A program made the position numbers and the translations under genes. The notes under the pieces were generated by a model. It did no database searches and had not been told where the DNA came from. It saw only the letters and a list, made by a program, of their open reading frames with translations. A stretch of 54,088 bases of DNA from Candidatus Eiseniibacteriota bacterium (GTDB lineage: Bacteria; Orphanbacterota; Orphanbacteria; Orphanbacterales; Orphanbacteraceae): contig JBDROZ010000104.1 of assembly GCA_043809585.1 (NCBI GenBank), positions 1-54,088 on the forward strand, in the 5' to 3' direction. Positions within the stretch are counted from its first letter, which is position 1. Each line of letters starts with the position of its first letter. Positions 8,109 to 21,241 of this stretch are shown piece by piece.

Positions 8109-10358
8109 CTATTCGGAGGACGATTCGCCCGAGGCCTCGGGGAGTGATTCCTGCTTCGCCTTGCACTCGGGACACTCCAGAAAGTCGCCCCGCGCCTTCG
8201 TCGATTTCTCGACCATGAGCGCGAAACCGCAGGCGTCGCATTTTTCCGCGACCGGGCGGTTCCAGACGGCGAACTTGCAGTCCGGGTAGGCCGAGCATCC
8301 GTAGAACATCCGCCCCCCCCGGGTCCGTTTCTCCGTCAGCTGCCCGCCGCATCCCTCCTTGGGACAGGCGACGCCGACGGGGATCGACTTCGTGTTCTTG
8401 CAATCCGGGTAGTTCGAGCAGGCGAGAAAACGGCCGAACCGGCCTATCTTGATGATCATCTCGCCGCCGCATTTCTCGCACGTCTCGCCCGTCGGCTCCG
8501 GCTCGTCTCCTTCGATCGGCTTGGTGCTCTTGCAGTCGGGGTAACCGCTGCAGGCGAGGAATTTCCCGTTCCGGCCCCACCGCTCGATCATCGGCTTCCC
8601 GCACTTCTCGCAGACGACCTCGGTCTCGGACTTCGCTCCCTGCAGGTTCACCCGGTCGAGATCCTTCTCGAAACGCCGGTAGAATTGGCGCACCACGTCC
8701 CGCCACTCGTCCTTTCCCTCTTCCACCTTGTCCAGCTCGGCTTCCATGAGGGCCGTGAACTTCACGTTGAAGACATTTTCGAAATGGGTGAGCAGGAATT
8801 TCAAGATGTCCCGGCCGAGCTCGGTCGGCTGGAAACGCTGCTTCTGCCGCCCGATGTACTTCCTGTCGATCAGCGTCGAGGTGATCGACGCGTACGTGCT
8901 CGGGCGCCCGATGCCGTTCGCCTCGAGCTCCTTCACGAGGCTCGCGTCGGTGTAGCGGGCGGGGGCTTGGGTGAAGTGCTGCTCCTTCTCCACGCCTTTC
9001 AGTTCGAGAGACTCGCCCTCCGCCACCGGCGGGAGCACGCGGTCGGCGCCGTTCCCGTTCTTGCCGTTCTTGCCGTCCCCCCCGCTCTCCTGGAAGACCC
9101 GGAGGAAACCGTGTTTCCGAATCACCGAGCCGGTCGCCCGGAGGATATACGGCCCGCCGGCGATGTCGATCGCCGTCTGGTCGTAAACGGCCGGCATCAT
9201 CTGGCTCGCCACGAACCGGCTCCAAATCACCTCGTAGAGGCGGATCTGGTCCCGGCCGAGCTGGCTCTTCAGCGACTCGGGGGTCCGCTCCACCGACGTC
9301 GGGCGGATCGCCTCGTGGGCGTCCTGGGCCGCCTTTCCTTTCCGGTGCTGCACGGGCTTCTCCGGCAGCTCGTCCTTCCCGAAGGTCTCTCCGATGTACT
9401 TCCGCACCTGGTCGATCGCCTCGTTCGCGACGCGGGTCGAGTCCGTACGCATGTAGGTGATGAGCCCGACCGGTCCTTCGTCCTTCAGCTCGGCCCCCTC
9501 GTAGAGGCCCTGAGCGATCTGCATCGTCTTCCGTGCCGAGTACCCGAAGCGCTTCGCCGCCTCCTGCTGAAGCGTGGAGGTGATGAAGGGGGGCGCGGGC
9601 TGCCGGCGCCGAACTTTCTTCTCCACCTTCTTCGCCGCGTACTCGTGCTTCGGGATGTCGTCCGCGATCCGCGTCGCGTCTTCGCCGTTGTCGGGCTTGA
9701 ACTTCTCGCCGTCCACCTCGGTCAGGGCGGCCGCGAAGGGCTCGCCGGCGGCGCCGAGGAAGGTGCCGTCGATGGTCCAGAACTCTTCCGGCGTGAACGC
9801 CTCGATCTCCTCCTCCCGCTCCACGATGATCCGAAGGGCGACGGTCTGCACCCGCCCCGCGCTCGTGCCGCGGAAAAAGGCCTTCCATAGAAGGGGACTC
9901 ACCATGTAGCCGACGAGCCGGTCGAGGACACGGCGCCCCTGCTGGGCGTCCACCTTCTGCCGATCGACCTGAATCGGGTTCTTGATCGCCTCCTGAATCG
10001 CCCCCTTGGTGATCTCGTTGAAGACGATCCGGTAGATCTCCGCCTTGCCGCCGTTGTCGCCGCCGAGGTACTCGGCGAGGTGGTAGGCGATCGCCTCCCC
10101 CTCCCGGTCGAAATCGGGGGCGAGGTAGATCTTGTCGGCGTTTTTCGCCGCCTTCTTGATCTCCTGGAGGATCTTGCCCTTGCCGCGGATGATGATGTAC
10201 TTCGGCTCGAAGTCGTTCTCCACGTCCACGCCGAGATCCCGCTTGGGCAGGTCCTTCACGTGGCCCATGGAGGCCTTCACGTCGAAGCCGCGGCCGAGAA
10301 ATTTGTTGATCGTGCGCGCCTTGGCGGGCGACTCCACGATGACGAGCGATTTAGCCAT
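8109..10358 (-). CDS. topA: DNA topoisomerase I
   Basis: VIVESPAKA, DREGEAIA, SAGRVQ, ITYMRTDS, three C4 zinc ribbons. Confidence 0.97.
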   Translation of the reverse strand: MAKSLVIVESPAKARTINKFLGRGFDVKASMGHVKDLPKRDLGVDVENDFEPKYIIIRGKGKILQEIKKAAKNADKIYLAPDFDREGEAIAYHLAEYLGGDNGGKAEIYRIVFNEITKGAIQEAIKNPIQVDRQKVDAQQGRRVLDRLVGYMVSPLLWKAFFRGTSAGRVQTVALRIIVEREEEIEAFTPEEFWTIDGTFLGAAGEPFAAALTEVDGEKFKPDNGEDATRIADDIPKHEYAAKKVEKKVRRRQPAPPFITSTLQQEAAKRFGYSARKTMQIAQGLYEGAELKDEGPVGLITYMRTDSTRVANEAIDQVRKYIGETFGKDELPEKPVQHRKGKAAQDAHEAIRPTSVERTPESLKSQLGRDQIRLYEVIWSRFVASQMMPAVYDQTAIDIAGGPYILRATGSVIRKHGFLRVFQESGGDGKNGKNGNGADRVLPPVAEGESLELKGVEKEQHFTQAPARYTDASLVKELEANGIGRPSTYASITSTLIDRKYIGRQKQRFQPTELGRDILKFLLTHFENVFNVKFTALMEAELDKVEEGKDEWRDVVRQFYRRFEKDLDRVNLQGAKSETEVVCEKCGKPMIERWGRNGKFLACSGYPDCKSTKPIEGDEPEPTGETCEKCGGEMIIKIGRFGRFLACSNYPDCKNTKSIPVGVACPKEGCGGQLTEKRTRGGRMFYGCSAYPDCKFAVWNRPVAEKCDACGFALMVEKSTKARGDFLECPECKAKQESLPEASGESSSE

Positions 10359-10450
10359 GTTTCACCGTCCTGGGTGCGACCGGCCCACGGTGGGCCCTTC
10401 CCTCAGTGTCGGTCGCCCCCGGGGACGCCTTTACCGCGCGAGAGAAGCGC

Positions 10451-10882
10451 TTATTGAAGGGTCATGTCCGGGCCGAGGTCCCGGGCGGTTGAAATGCACC
10501 GGTCCCGGCCGTCCGCCCGGAAGAGGGAGATCAGGATCTCCCGGGCGTCGCCAAGGTCGACGGACCCGGGATCCTCCCCGCCGAGCCGGTCGAGGAATCT
10601 TTCCATAAGATGGGGTGTGACGAGGCCCATTTCCACCGATTCGATCAAGAACCGCTCCACACCCGGAGCGAATACAGCCCTCTCCTCCGATCGGAACCAG
10701 CGTCGTCCGCGACGGGTGGCGGGCTCCCAGATCCCGTCCCGGGCCAAACGCAGATCAGTTTCTTCATCGATATCAAAATCAATATCTTCCGCGCCCGTCT
10801 TCATGTAATTTCGGAGATTATCCCCCCCCGAAATCAGGAGGAGCAGCTCACGAAGCTCTCGTTTCCAGCGCTCCTCGCTCAA
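10451..10882 (-). CDS. Smg/DUF494-like protein
   Basis: C-terminal half (RWFRSEERAVF...ERFLIESVEMGLVTPHLMERFLDR...VDLGDAREILISLF) resembles Smg; position upstream of topA is typical; TTG start. Confidence 0.55.
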   Translation of the reverse strand: MSEERWKRELRELLLLISGGDNLRNYMKTGAEDIDFDIDEETDLRLARDGIWEPATRRGRRWFRSEERAVFAPGVERFLIESVEMGLVTPHLMERFLDRLGGEDPGSVDLGDAREILISLFRADGRDRCISTARDLGPDMTLQ

Positions 10883-10943
10883 CGGGAACCCTCCTTCCCC
10901 CCTCGGTCCGTAAAGCTATGCGCCCTTCCTCTTTTGGGCAAGG

Positions 10944-13928
<2,985 letters not shown>

Positions 13929-14076
13929 GGGCTCCGGTGTTCCTTGGTTTCGAGGATTCCGGCGGGGCGACGGCGACGGAAAACTCCGGAAACTCTCCCG
14001 GGGGCGCGCCGGTCAGGGGGAAGCGGTTTCCGTCCAAAGGGTTGGACCCCCAAGGGGGAGGGACGCTTCCGCCGCA

Positions 14077-14105
14077 AAGCTACAACGGGACTGGAGGGGT
14101 GTCAA
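14077..14105 (-). promoter_or_regulatory. Putative sigma-70 promoter for secA
   Basis: TTGACA-N17-TAGCTT on the minus strand. Confidence 0.5.
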
Positions 14106-14109
14106 GGGC

Positions 14110-15927
14110 TCACCCCCCGAGGGAGAGGGCGATGAAGCGGCCCGCGTTGGTGCCGACGAAGAGTCGATCCGGTTCGAGGGCCGGACTCGAGTAGACCGGG
14201 CTGCCCACGAGAACCCGCCAAATCGGATGCCCGAGGTCGAGGTCGAGTGCGTAGAGGAATTGATCGTAGGAGCCGACGTAGGCGGCCCCCGACAGAACCG
14301 CCGGGGACGAGGGGACCCGGCCTCCGGTCGGGAAGCTCCAGAGGACCTCGCCGGTCTCCCGGTACGCGCAGTACACGCTTCCATCCTCGCACCCGAAGAC
14401 GACCCGGTCTTCCGCGACGGCGGGACGGGAATGAACCGGGCCCCCCACGGGCGCCGACCAGACCGGCTCGCCGGTCGTCCGGTCGAGGCGGAGCAGGGCG
14501 CCTTCGCTGGTGCCGATGTACACCTCGTTCCCTTCGACGGCGGGGGACGAGTAGACCCGTGAACCCGTGTCCCGGCGCCACACCTCCTCCCCGCTCTCCG
14601 CGCGGAGGGCGTAGATCCGGCCGTCCCACGAGCCGAAGATCACGAGGTCTCCCGACACGACGGGCGACGACCAGACTACCCCGCCCGTCGCGAAACGCCA
14701 GAGCCGCTCCCCCGTGGCCCCGTCGAGGGCGTAGAGGTGCCGGTCGTGGGACCCGACGAAGACCCGGTCCCCGCCCAAGGCGGGGGACGAGACCACGCGG
14801 CCCTCGGTGGCGTGCCGCCAGATCTCCTCGCCCGTCTCGAGATTCACGGCGACCACCGCGCCGCCGTACTCGCCGAAGTAGGCCCGTCCTCCCCCCAGGG
14901 CAGGCGAGGATCCGACGCCGCCGGGACCGGGCGCCTTCCAGAGCGGCCGCCCGTCCTCCCGGCGGAGGGCGTAGAGGAAGCCGTCCCGGCTGCCGAAGAG
15001 GATGCGGTCCTCGACCACAAGGGGCGAAGAGGTGACCGCCGCCCCGGCGCGGAACTCCCAGGCGAGCGTTCCCGCCGGTGGGGGCGGGAGGGTTTCGTCC
15101 GCGGCCGGCGCGGGAGTGCCCCGGAGGAGGGCGCGCTCCGGGGAGCGGTTCGATCGGTTCCAGAAGACCGCGAGCAGGAGGACCAGAACGAGCAAAGCGA
15201 AGGGAAGAAGGGAATAGCGGACGGTCCTCCCCGGCGGTTCGGTCGAAGCGTCGGGGAAATCGGGAGGGCTCGGCCGCCCATTCTCCTCCGCGTGAATCGG
15301 CGCCGCCGAACGGGGGGGAGCGGAGGGCCGGGGAGGGGGGGCCGCCGTCACGGATCGAGGCGCCGGCGCGGGGGTCCCGATCGGGATCGGACGGAGGGGA
15401 ACCCAGATCCCCGCGGTCCCGCCGCCGGCCATGAGTCGGTCCGGCGCTTCCCTCGCCCGCTCTCCGAGGGCGAGGATCCCTTCTTCGGCCCGTTCGCCGT
15501 CGAGCATGCCGAACCCGACGAGTTCGTCGGAGGAGACCGTTTCCTCGCCGTCCCCCTCGATGAGGCGGTCGTCCTTCTCGCCCACGAGGTAGAGGAGCAC
15601 GTTCCCCCGCCGGTAGCTGTGGATGTCGCCGGTCGCCGGATCGACGATCGCCACGCCGATCTGGACTCCTTCGCCCGCGTTCCGTTCTTCTCCGAGGGCG
15701 TGGCGGAGAGAGTCCTCCAGCTTTTCCCGGGCACCGAGGAAGGGGGGGCCTCCGTAGAATCGGGAGAGGATCTCCTGAAAGAGACGCTGGGCGTCCGCGG
15801 GGGCCGCCCCGGAAAGATCCATCGGCCGCAGATAGACGTGAAGAGAGGGCACCTGCCGGCCCGACGGGCTCCCGTCGTAGGTCAGCGCGTCCCAGCGCAC
15901 GGCGTTCCCGATTGTCGAGTCCCCCAT
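14110..15927 (-). CDS. Single-pass membrane protein with C-terminal PQQ-like (BamB/AfsK-type) beta-propeller
   Basis: Eight repeats W.F.TGG.V.SSP.V....V..GS.DG..YAL; hydrophobic helix LLPFALLVLVLLLAVFW; Pro-rich linker. Confidence 0.8.
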   Translation of the reverse strand: MGDSTIGNAVRWDALTYDGSPSGRQVPSLHVYLRPMDLSGAAPADAQRLFQEILSRFYGGPPFLGAREKLEDSLRHALGEERNAGEGVQIGVAIVDPATGDIHSYRRGNVLLYLVGEKDDRLIEGDGEETVSSDELVGFGMLDGERAEEGILALGERAREAPDRLMAGGGTAGIWVPLRPIPIGTPAPAPRSVTAAPPPRPSAPPRSAAPIHAEENGRPSPPDFPDASTEPPGRTVRYSLLPFALLVLVLLLAVFWNRSNRSPERALLRGTPAPAADETLPPPPAGTLAWEFRAGAAVTSSPLVVEDRILFGSRDGFLYALRREDGRPLWKAPGPGGVGSSPALGGGRAYFGEYGGAVVAVNLETGEEIWRHATEGRVVSSPALGGDRVFVGSHDRHLYALDGATGERLWRFATGGVVWSSPVVSGDLVIFGSWDGRIYALRAESGEEVWRRDTGSRVYSSPAVEGNEVYIGTSEGALLRLDRTTGEPVWSAPVGGPVHSRPAVAEDRVVFGCEDGSVYCAYRETGEVLWSFPTGGRVPSSPAVLSGAAYVGSYDQFLYALDLDLGHPIWRVLVGSPVYSSPALEPDRLFVGTNAGRFIALSLGG

Positions 15928-15963
15928 CGGCCCCTCCGTGTCGCCCGAGCGGGCAAGGCCAGG

Positions 15964-17298
15964 CTAGCCGAGGGTCAGGAGGAATTCAACTTTCTTCTCG
16001 AAGTGCTTCGAAGAGGAGTACGTCGCGCGGGCCCGGATGCGGACCATGTACTTCCCCGGGGGGAGCCGCGCGCCGTCTCCCCCCTTCCCGTCCCACCGGA
16101 CGTATCGCTCCCCGGCGCCGAAGGGCCGGTCCTCGGCGAGGAGGGTGAGGGTCTTCCCTTTCCGGTCCGCCACTTCCACGGTGACCCGGGCCCGCTCGGT
16201 CAACGTGAAGACCACCCGTCCCCCCGGGTCGAAGACCGCCGGCACGGCGTGGTAGCCGAGCACGTCGACGCCGACCCAGTAGTACTGGGCGCCCGTCCCC
16301 TCGGAGATGAAGAACTGGCCGAACCGGCGCCAGCAGGTGATCCCGAAGGGCCCGTGGAATTCGTGGTCCCCGCCCCCCTCCCGGCCGAAGAACGTGACGA
16401 GCTTCAGCCGGGAATCGAGCTTCATGATCCGGTGTCCCGCCTCGTCGGTGAGCCAGATCTGGTGATAGTAATCGATCGCCGCGCCCCGGAACCGGGCGTC
16501 CGCGAGGCCGAGGGAGTCGGCCCCGGTCTCGGCGGTCACCCCCCCATCGAGGCCGAGCCGCCGGACCCGCGTTCCGTTCCGGTCGATCACGACGAGGAAG
16601 GCGTCCGGCCGGTACGACCAAGGTTCCTCCCTGTCGAGAAGGGCGATCGCCTCGGGCGCCCGCAGGAGATCGCCGCCGCCGATGACCCGGACGAGACGGC
16701 CCGCCCGGTCGAGCACCACGATCCGGTGATTCCCCGTGTCCGCCACGTAGAGGTCGCCGCTCGTGGCGAGGGCGAGGCCCCGGGGAGAGTCGAAGGGGAC
16801 CGAGTCCCCCCTCGCCGAGCCGAGGGTCCAGAGCTCCCGGAGTTCCCCGCCCCGGTTCCGGAGGTGCACGATCCGGTCGTTGCCCGTGTCCGAAACGTAG
16901 AGGTCCCCTTCCGGATTCGCGGCGACCCCGAAGGGGGAGAGGAACTCGCCGGGCCCGCTCCCCCTCTTCCCGTAGACGGCCAGGGAGATGTCCGACGTGT
17001 TGTAGATGATGGAGTGTTCCCCGGAGTTCACGCCGTAGACGGTCAACTCGTCGTCGTCTCCCTTCTTGTCCGGCAGGTCCCGCTCGATCAGCTTCACCGC
17101 CGCGATGCCCCGGGGCGCGCGGAAGCGGTGCCGGTTTCCCGTGAAGATCCGGAGGTGGGTGTCGCTGACATGATGAAACCCGAGATCGTGCTTGAAGGTC
17201 GGGTAGACGAGGGTCGTCGGACCGTAAGGATCGGCCCCCCGGACGGCGGGTGCGAGAAGAAGAACGGCGAGAAGGAGCGCCCTAGCCGAGGAGATCAT
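15964..17298 (-). CDS. Secreted NHL-repeat protein with C-terminal FlgD-Ig domain
   Basis: Signal peptide; P.G.A....GDLYV.DTGN.RIV repeats; C-terminal WDGKGGDGARLPPGKY. Confidence 0.8.
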   Translation of the reverse strand: MISSARALLLAVLLLAPAVRGADPYGPTTLVYPTFKHDLGFHHVSDTHLRIFTGNRHRFRAPRGIAAVKLIERDLPDKKGDDDELTVYGVNSGEHSIIYNTSDISLAVYGKRGSGPGEFLSPFGVAANPEGDLYVSDTGNDRIVHLRNRGGELRELWTLGSARGDSVPFDSPRGLALATSGDLYVADTGNHRIVVLDRAGRLVRVIGGGDLLRAPEAIALLDREEPWSYRPDAFLVVIDRNGTRVRRLGLDGGVTAETGADSLGLADARFRGAAIDYYHQIWLTDEAGHRIMKLDSRLKLVTFFGREGGGDHEFHGPFGITCWRRFGQFFISEGTGAQYYWVGVDVLGYHAVPAVFDPGGRVVFTLTERARVTVEVADRKGKTLTLLAEDRPFGAGERYVRWDGKGGDGARLPPGKYMVRIRARATYSSSKHFEKKVEFLLTLG

Positions 17299-19687
17299 CG
17301 CTCGCCAGATGCTGGTAGAGGGCGCGGCAGATCCAGTAGCCGGAGAGGACCCGCTTCACGTACTCCCGGGTCTCCGAGTATCCGATGCGCTCCACGAACT
17401 CCCCCTGCTCCTCCGGGCCGGCGCCCGCGAGCCAGTGGTCCGTGTTCGTCTCCCCGCCGTTGTAGGCGCTCGCCGCGGCGAGCCGGTCCCCCTGATAGCG
17501 TCGGAGGAGATCGTGGAGGTACCGGACGCCGTAGCGGATGTTGATCCGCGGGTCGTAAAGGTCGTCTGCGTCGAAGCCGTCCCCCTCGCCGAGGCTGCGG
17601 GCGATGTGGCGGCCCGTGGCGGGGATGATCTGCATCAGCCCCCGGGCGCCGGCCGGCGACGCCGCGTCCGGCTGGAACCAGCTCTCCTGGCGCATGAGGG
17701 CGGTGACGAACAGGGGGTCCATTTCTTCGTATTTCCCGGTCTCGGCGACGATCACGTCGAGCCAGGCGAGGGGGTAGATGAGCGCGAGCAGGTAGGGATG
17801 GACCGGATCGGCACCCGCCCTTTCCGCGAGTTCCTGGATCCGCCGCCCGCACCGGATCGTGATGTCGAAGAGCGTCGCTTCCCGGCAGCGGCGGGCGAGG
17901 GCGAGGAGCCCTTCCGGATCTTCGTCGAGTTTCTTTCGGAGGTCCCGCGCTTCCCGGCGGGCCTCGGCCCACTCCCCGAAGAAGACGTAGAGGGAGAGAT
18001 CGCTCCAGTCCGGATCGCCCTCCCTCGGGGGGGCGGAATTCCATTCCCGGATCCAGTCGAGGGCACCGTCCCCCGTTTCGTTCGAGACCCGGACCTGCCG
18101 GGGGGAGACGATGGACCTCCGGCCGAGACGCCCGGCCGCCCGGAGGCCGCAGTAGCTCTCCGGCGATTCGTCGACGAGCTTCCGGAACGCCTCTTCCGCC
18201 CCCGCGAGATCGCCGGTTCGTTCCGCGAGATCGCCGATCCAGAAGAGGGCGTCGTCCCGGTCCCTCCCCCCGCGGCCGTCTCGGACGAGGGACTCGAGGG
18301 TTCGCCTCGCCTCCGACGGTTTGCCCGCCGCTTTCAGGCAGTGGGCCTCCTGAAGGGGGGCACGGCCGGCGAAATCGCTCCCGCCGAAGCGGGTCCGCAC
18401 GAGTCGGAACGCCTCGGCCGACTCCTCCCACTCCCCGAGGAGTTTCAGCCGCCAGGCGATCTCCCACTGCACCTCGGCGGCGAGACCGCTCGACGGGTAG
18501 CGGCGGACGTACTCCCGGTACGCCCCGATCGACTCACGCCACTGGCCCATTTTCTTGTACGAGCGGGCCCGGTAGAGGATGCCGACGCGGCCCGCCTCCC
18601 CCTCCCGGGAGGCGAGCCGATCGAATGTTTCCAAAGCGGCCGTGTACCGTTCGGCGGCGTAGTGGGTCTTTCCCGTCTCCTGCAGCGCTTCCGTGTGGAG
18701 CGGGTCCTCCTCGGGCCGGTCGAGAAGGGGCAGGAGGAGCTGGATCGCCTCCTCCGTCCTCCCCGCCTCCCGGGCCGCCCGCGCGCCGAGAAGGGGAAGG
18801 CGGGCGTCTTCGGGGATCACCCCTTCCGACTCGAGGACCCGGAGGGCCCGGAACGATTCGAGGGCCCGCCGGTGGTCGGGCCAACGTTCGAGAAGGCGTT
18901 TGTAGAGGATCCCCGCCCGCCGGCCGTTCCCCGAATCCGCTTCCGACTCGGCGGTCAGAAAGATCAACTCCCGGTGGACCAGGTCTTCGTACTCCGCCCC
19001 GTGTTCCTTCCGGAGGAGGCCCATGGCCTCGCCCGTTCGCTTCCGCCCGTAGAGGAGGAGCGCCGCCTGATGGAGGGCGCTCGTCCGGAAGGGGCTCGAC
19101 CGGTCGGCCGCGATCTCGAGAAAGAGGGGAAGCCCGTTGTCCTCCTCGGGGATCCACCGGAGGGCGGTCGCGAGGCGGTAACGGATCAGTTCGTCCGCCG
19201 GCGCGCCGAGGGCCTGGGCCCCCCGAAGGAGCCTCGCCGACTCGACGTTCCGGCCCGCCCGGAGCGCCGCGAGCCCCGCGGCGGCCATGACTTCCGGGTC
19301 GCCGGAATTCCAAGGATCGAGGAGATCCACCGCCCGGTCGTCCCGCCCGGTCCGGAGGGCGAGGACCGCGAGCCGCCGCCGTTCCGTCTCCCGTTCGCCG
19401 GCGGTCAGGTCGCCGAGGGCGAGCCGGGCCTCGCGGAGCCTGTACTCCTTTTCGCTCCACCCCATGGTCTCCGAGACCGCGACGGACCGGTCGAAGAGCG
19501 CGGCGCCCGAACGGAAGAGGGAGTCCGCGGGGAGGAGAAGCCAGTCCACCGGATCTTCGGGGATGTCCGGAGATCCGGTCACGGACGGGGGCGAGAGAAG
19601 GAGGAGGAGCAGGGGAAGAAGGAGGGCCGGGCCTCGGACCGCCCCGCCACGCCCCGCGGTTCGAATCGGGTCCGGTCGGTTCGCCAT
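17282..19687 (-). CDS. TPR-containing soluble lytic transglycosylase (SLT family)
   Basis: ALMRQES, GARGLMQIIP, AYNGG, ETREYV motifs; helical TPR-like middle; signal-like hydrophobic N-terminus. Start trimmed to MANRPD. Confidence 0.88.
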   Translation of the reverse strand: MANRPDPIRTAGRGGAVRGPALLLPLLLLLLSPPSVTGSPDIPEDPVDWLLLPADSLFRSGAALFDRSVAVSETMGWSEKEYRLREARLALGDLTAGERETERRRLAVLALRTGRDDRAVDLLDPWNSGDPEVMAAAGLAALRAGRNVESARLLRGAQALGAPADELIRYRLATALRWIPEEDNGLPLFLEIAADRSSPFRTSALHQAALLLYGRKRTGEAMGLLRKEHGAEYEDLVHRELIFLTAESEADSGNGRRAGILYKRLLERWPDHRRALESFRALRVLESEGVIPEDARLPLLGARAAREAGRTEEAIQLLLPLLDRPEEDPLHTEALQETGKTHYAAERYTAALETFDRLASREGEAGRVGILYRARSYKKMGQWRESIGAYREYVRRYPSSGLAAEVQWEIAWRLKLLGEWEESAEAFRLVRTRFGGSDFAGRAPLQEAHCLKAAGKPSEARRTLESLVRDGRGGRDRDDALFWIGDLAERTGDLAGAEEAFRKLVDESPESYCGLRAAGRLGRRSIVSPRQVRVSNETGDGALDWIREWNSAPPREGDPDWSDLSLYVFFGEWAEARREARDLRKKLDEDPEGLLALARRCREATLFDITIRCGRRIQELAERAGADPVHPYLLALIYPLAWLDVIVAETGKYEEMDPLFVTALMRQESWFQPDAASPAGARGLMQIIPATGRHIARSLGEGDGFDADDLYDPRINIRYGVRYLHDLLRRYQGDRLAAASAYNGGETNTDHWLAGAGPEEQGEFVERIGYSETREYVKRVLSGYWICRALYQHLASDDLLG

Positions 19688-19689
19688 GG

Positions 19690-21231
19690 TCACTCCCACT
19701 CGATGGTGGAGGGCGGCTTGGAGCTCACGTCGTACACCACCCGGTTCACGCCCTTCACATGGTTCAGGATCCGCGTGGAGACCCGGGCGAGGAGATCGTC
19801 GGGAAGACGGGACCAGTCGGCCGTCATGCCGTCCGTCGAGGAGACGGCCCGGAGAGCGACCACCTGCTCGTAGGTGCGGTAGTCTCCCATGACGCCGACC
19901 GACGAGATCGGGAGGAGAACCGCGAAGGCCTGCCACACCCGATCGTACTCGCCCGACTCGATCAACTCCCTGATGAATATATCGTCGCATTCCCGGAGAA
20001 TATCCAGTCCCTCCCGCGTCACGGGCCCCAGAATCCGGACGCCGAGGCCGGGCCCGGGGAACGGGTGCCGCCCGAGGATCGGCCCCGGGATCCCGAGGGA
20101 GCGCCCGAGGGCGCGGACTTCATCCTTGAAGAGCTCCCGGAGCGGCTCGACGAGCTCGAGGTGGAGCGTCTCGGGGAGGCCGCCCACGTTATGGTGGGTC
20201 TTGATCGTCGCCGACGGTCCCTTGACCGATACCGATTCGATCACGTCCGGGTAGAGCGTTCCCTGAGCGAGAAAGCGGACGCCCGGCCACTCCTTCGCGC
20301 GCTCCTGGAAGAGGTCGATGAACGTGCGGCCGATGATCCGCCGTTTCTCTTCCGGATCGGCGACCCCTTCGAGGCGGGAGAGAAACAGCGCCTCCCCTTC
20401 GATGACATCGAGATCGATCTCGAGATCCTCGCGGAACATGCGGACCACCCACTCCTTCTCGTTCCTCCGGAGCAGGCCGTTGTCGCAAAAAACGGCGTGC
20501 AGTCTCTCCCCCACCGCCTGGTGGACGAGGTGGGCCATCACCGTCGAGTCGACGCCGCCGCTGACGGCGCAGAGGATCTCGCCCTCCCCCACCCTCTCGC
20601 GGATCGCCTCCACCTCGAGTTCCGCGATGCGCCCCATGGTCCAGTCGCCCCGGCAGCGGCAGACCCGGGTGAGGAAGTTTCGGAGCATGGCCGCCCCTTC
20701 GGGGGTGTGAGCCACTTCCGGATGAAACTGGACGCCGTAGCGCTTCCCCTCCGGGCCGACCACCGCCGCGTAGGGGATGTCCCTCGTTTTCGCCGCGGCC
20801 CGGTACCCGTCGGGGAGCCCCTGCACCCGGTCGCCGTGGCTCATCCAGACACGGGTCGGGCTCGTGACGCCGTCGAAGAGGGGGGCGTCGCCGAGGATCT
20901 CGAGTTCCGCGGGGCCGTACTCCCGCTCCTTCCCGCCGCCGACGCGGCCCCCCGACTGGTGCATCAAGATCTGCAGGCCGTAGCAGATGCCGAGCACCGG
21001 GCCGCCGTAGCGGGGAAACCACTCGGGCAGACGGGGCGCCCCCTCGTCGAAGACCGACGCCGGCCCGCCGGAGAGGATGATGCCGATCATCGACGGGTCG
21101 TCCAGGACGTCCGGCTCCGCCGCCGGGGCGGGAACGATCTTGCAGAAGACGTTCGCCTCCCGGATGCGCCGGGCGATCAGTTGGGTGTACTGGGACCCGA
21201 AGTCGAGGATCAGAATCCATTCTCGCTCCAA
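19690..21231 (-). CDS. guaA: GMP synthase (glutamine-hydrolysing)
   Basis: DFGSQYTQLIARR, GICYG, QFHPEV, SGGVDS, KPPSTIEWE. Confidence 0.97.
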   Translation of the reverse strand: MEREWILILDFGSQYTQLIARRIREANVFCKIVPAPAAEPDVLDDPSMIGIILSGGPASVFDEGAPRLPEWFPRYGGPVLGICYGLQILMHQSGGRVGGGKEREYGPAELEILGDAPLFDGVTSPTRVWMSHGDRVQGLPDGYRAAAKTRDIPYAAVVGPEGKRYGVQFHPEVAHTPEGAAMLRNFLTRVCRCRGDWTMGRIAELEVEAIRERVGEGEILCAVSGGVDSTVMAHLVHQAVGERLHAVFCDNGLLRRNEKEWVVRMFREDLEIDLDVIEGEALFLSRLEGVADPEEKRRIIGRTFIDLFQERAKEWPGVRFLAQGTLYPDVIESVSVKGPSATIKTHHNVGGLPETLHLELVEPLRELFKDEVRALGRSLGIPGPILGRHPFPGPGLGVRILGPVTREGLDILRECDDIFIRELIESGEYDRVWQAFAVLLPISSVGVMGDYRTYEQVVALRAVSSTDGMTADWSRLPDDLLARVSTRILNHVKGVNRVVYDVSSKPPSTIEWE

Positions 21232-21241
21232 GGTCGATCTC

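Noticed and set aside
14150-15070. ~120-bp periodic DNA repeats as CRISPR or tandem array
   Set aside because: They encode PQQ-like propeller blades in frame.
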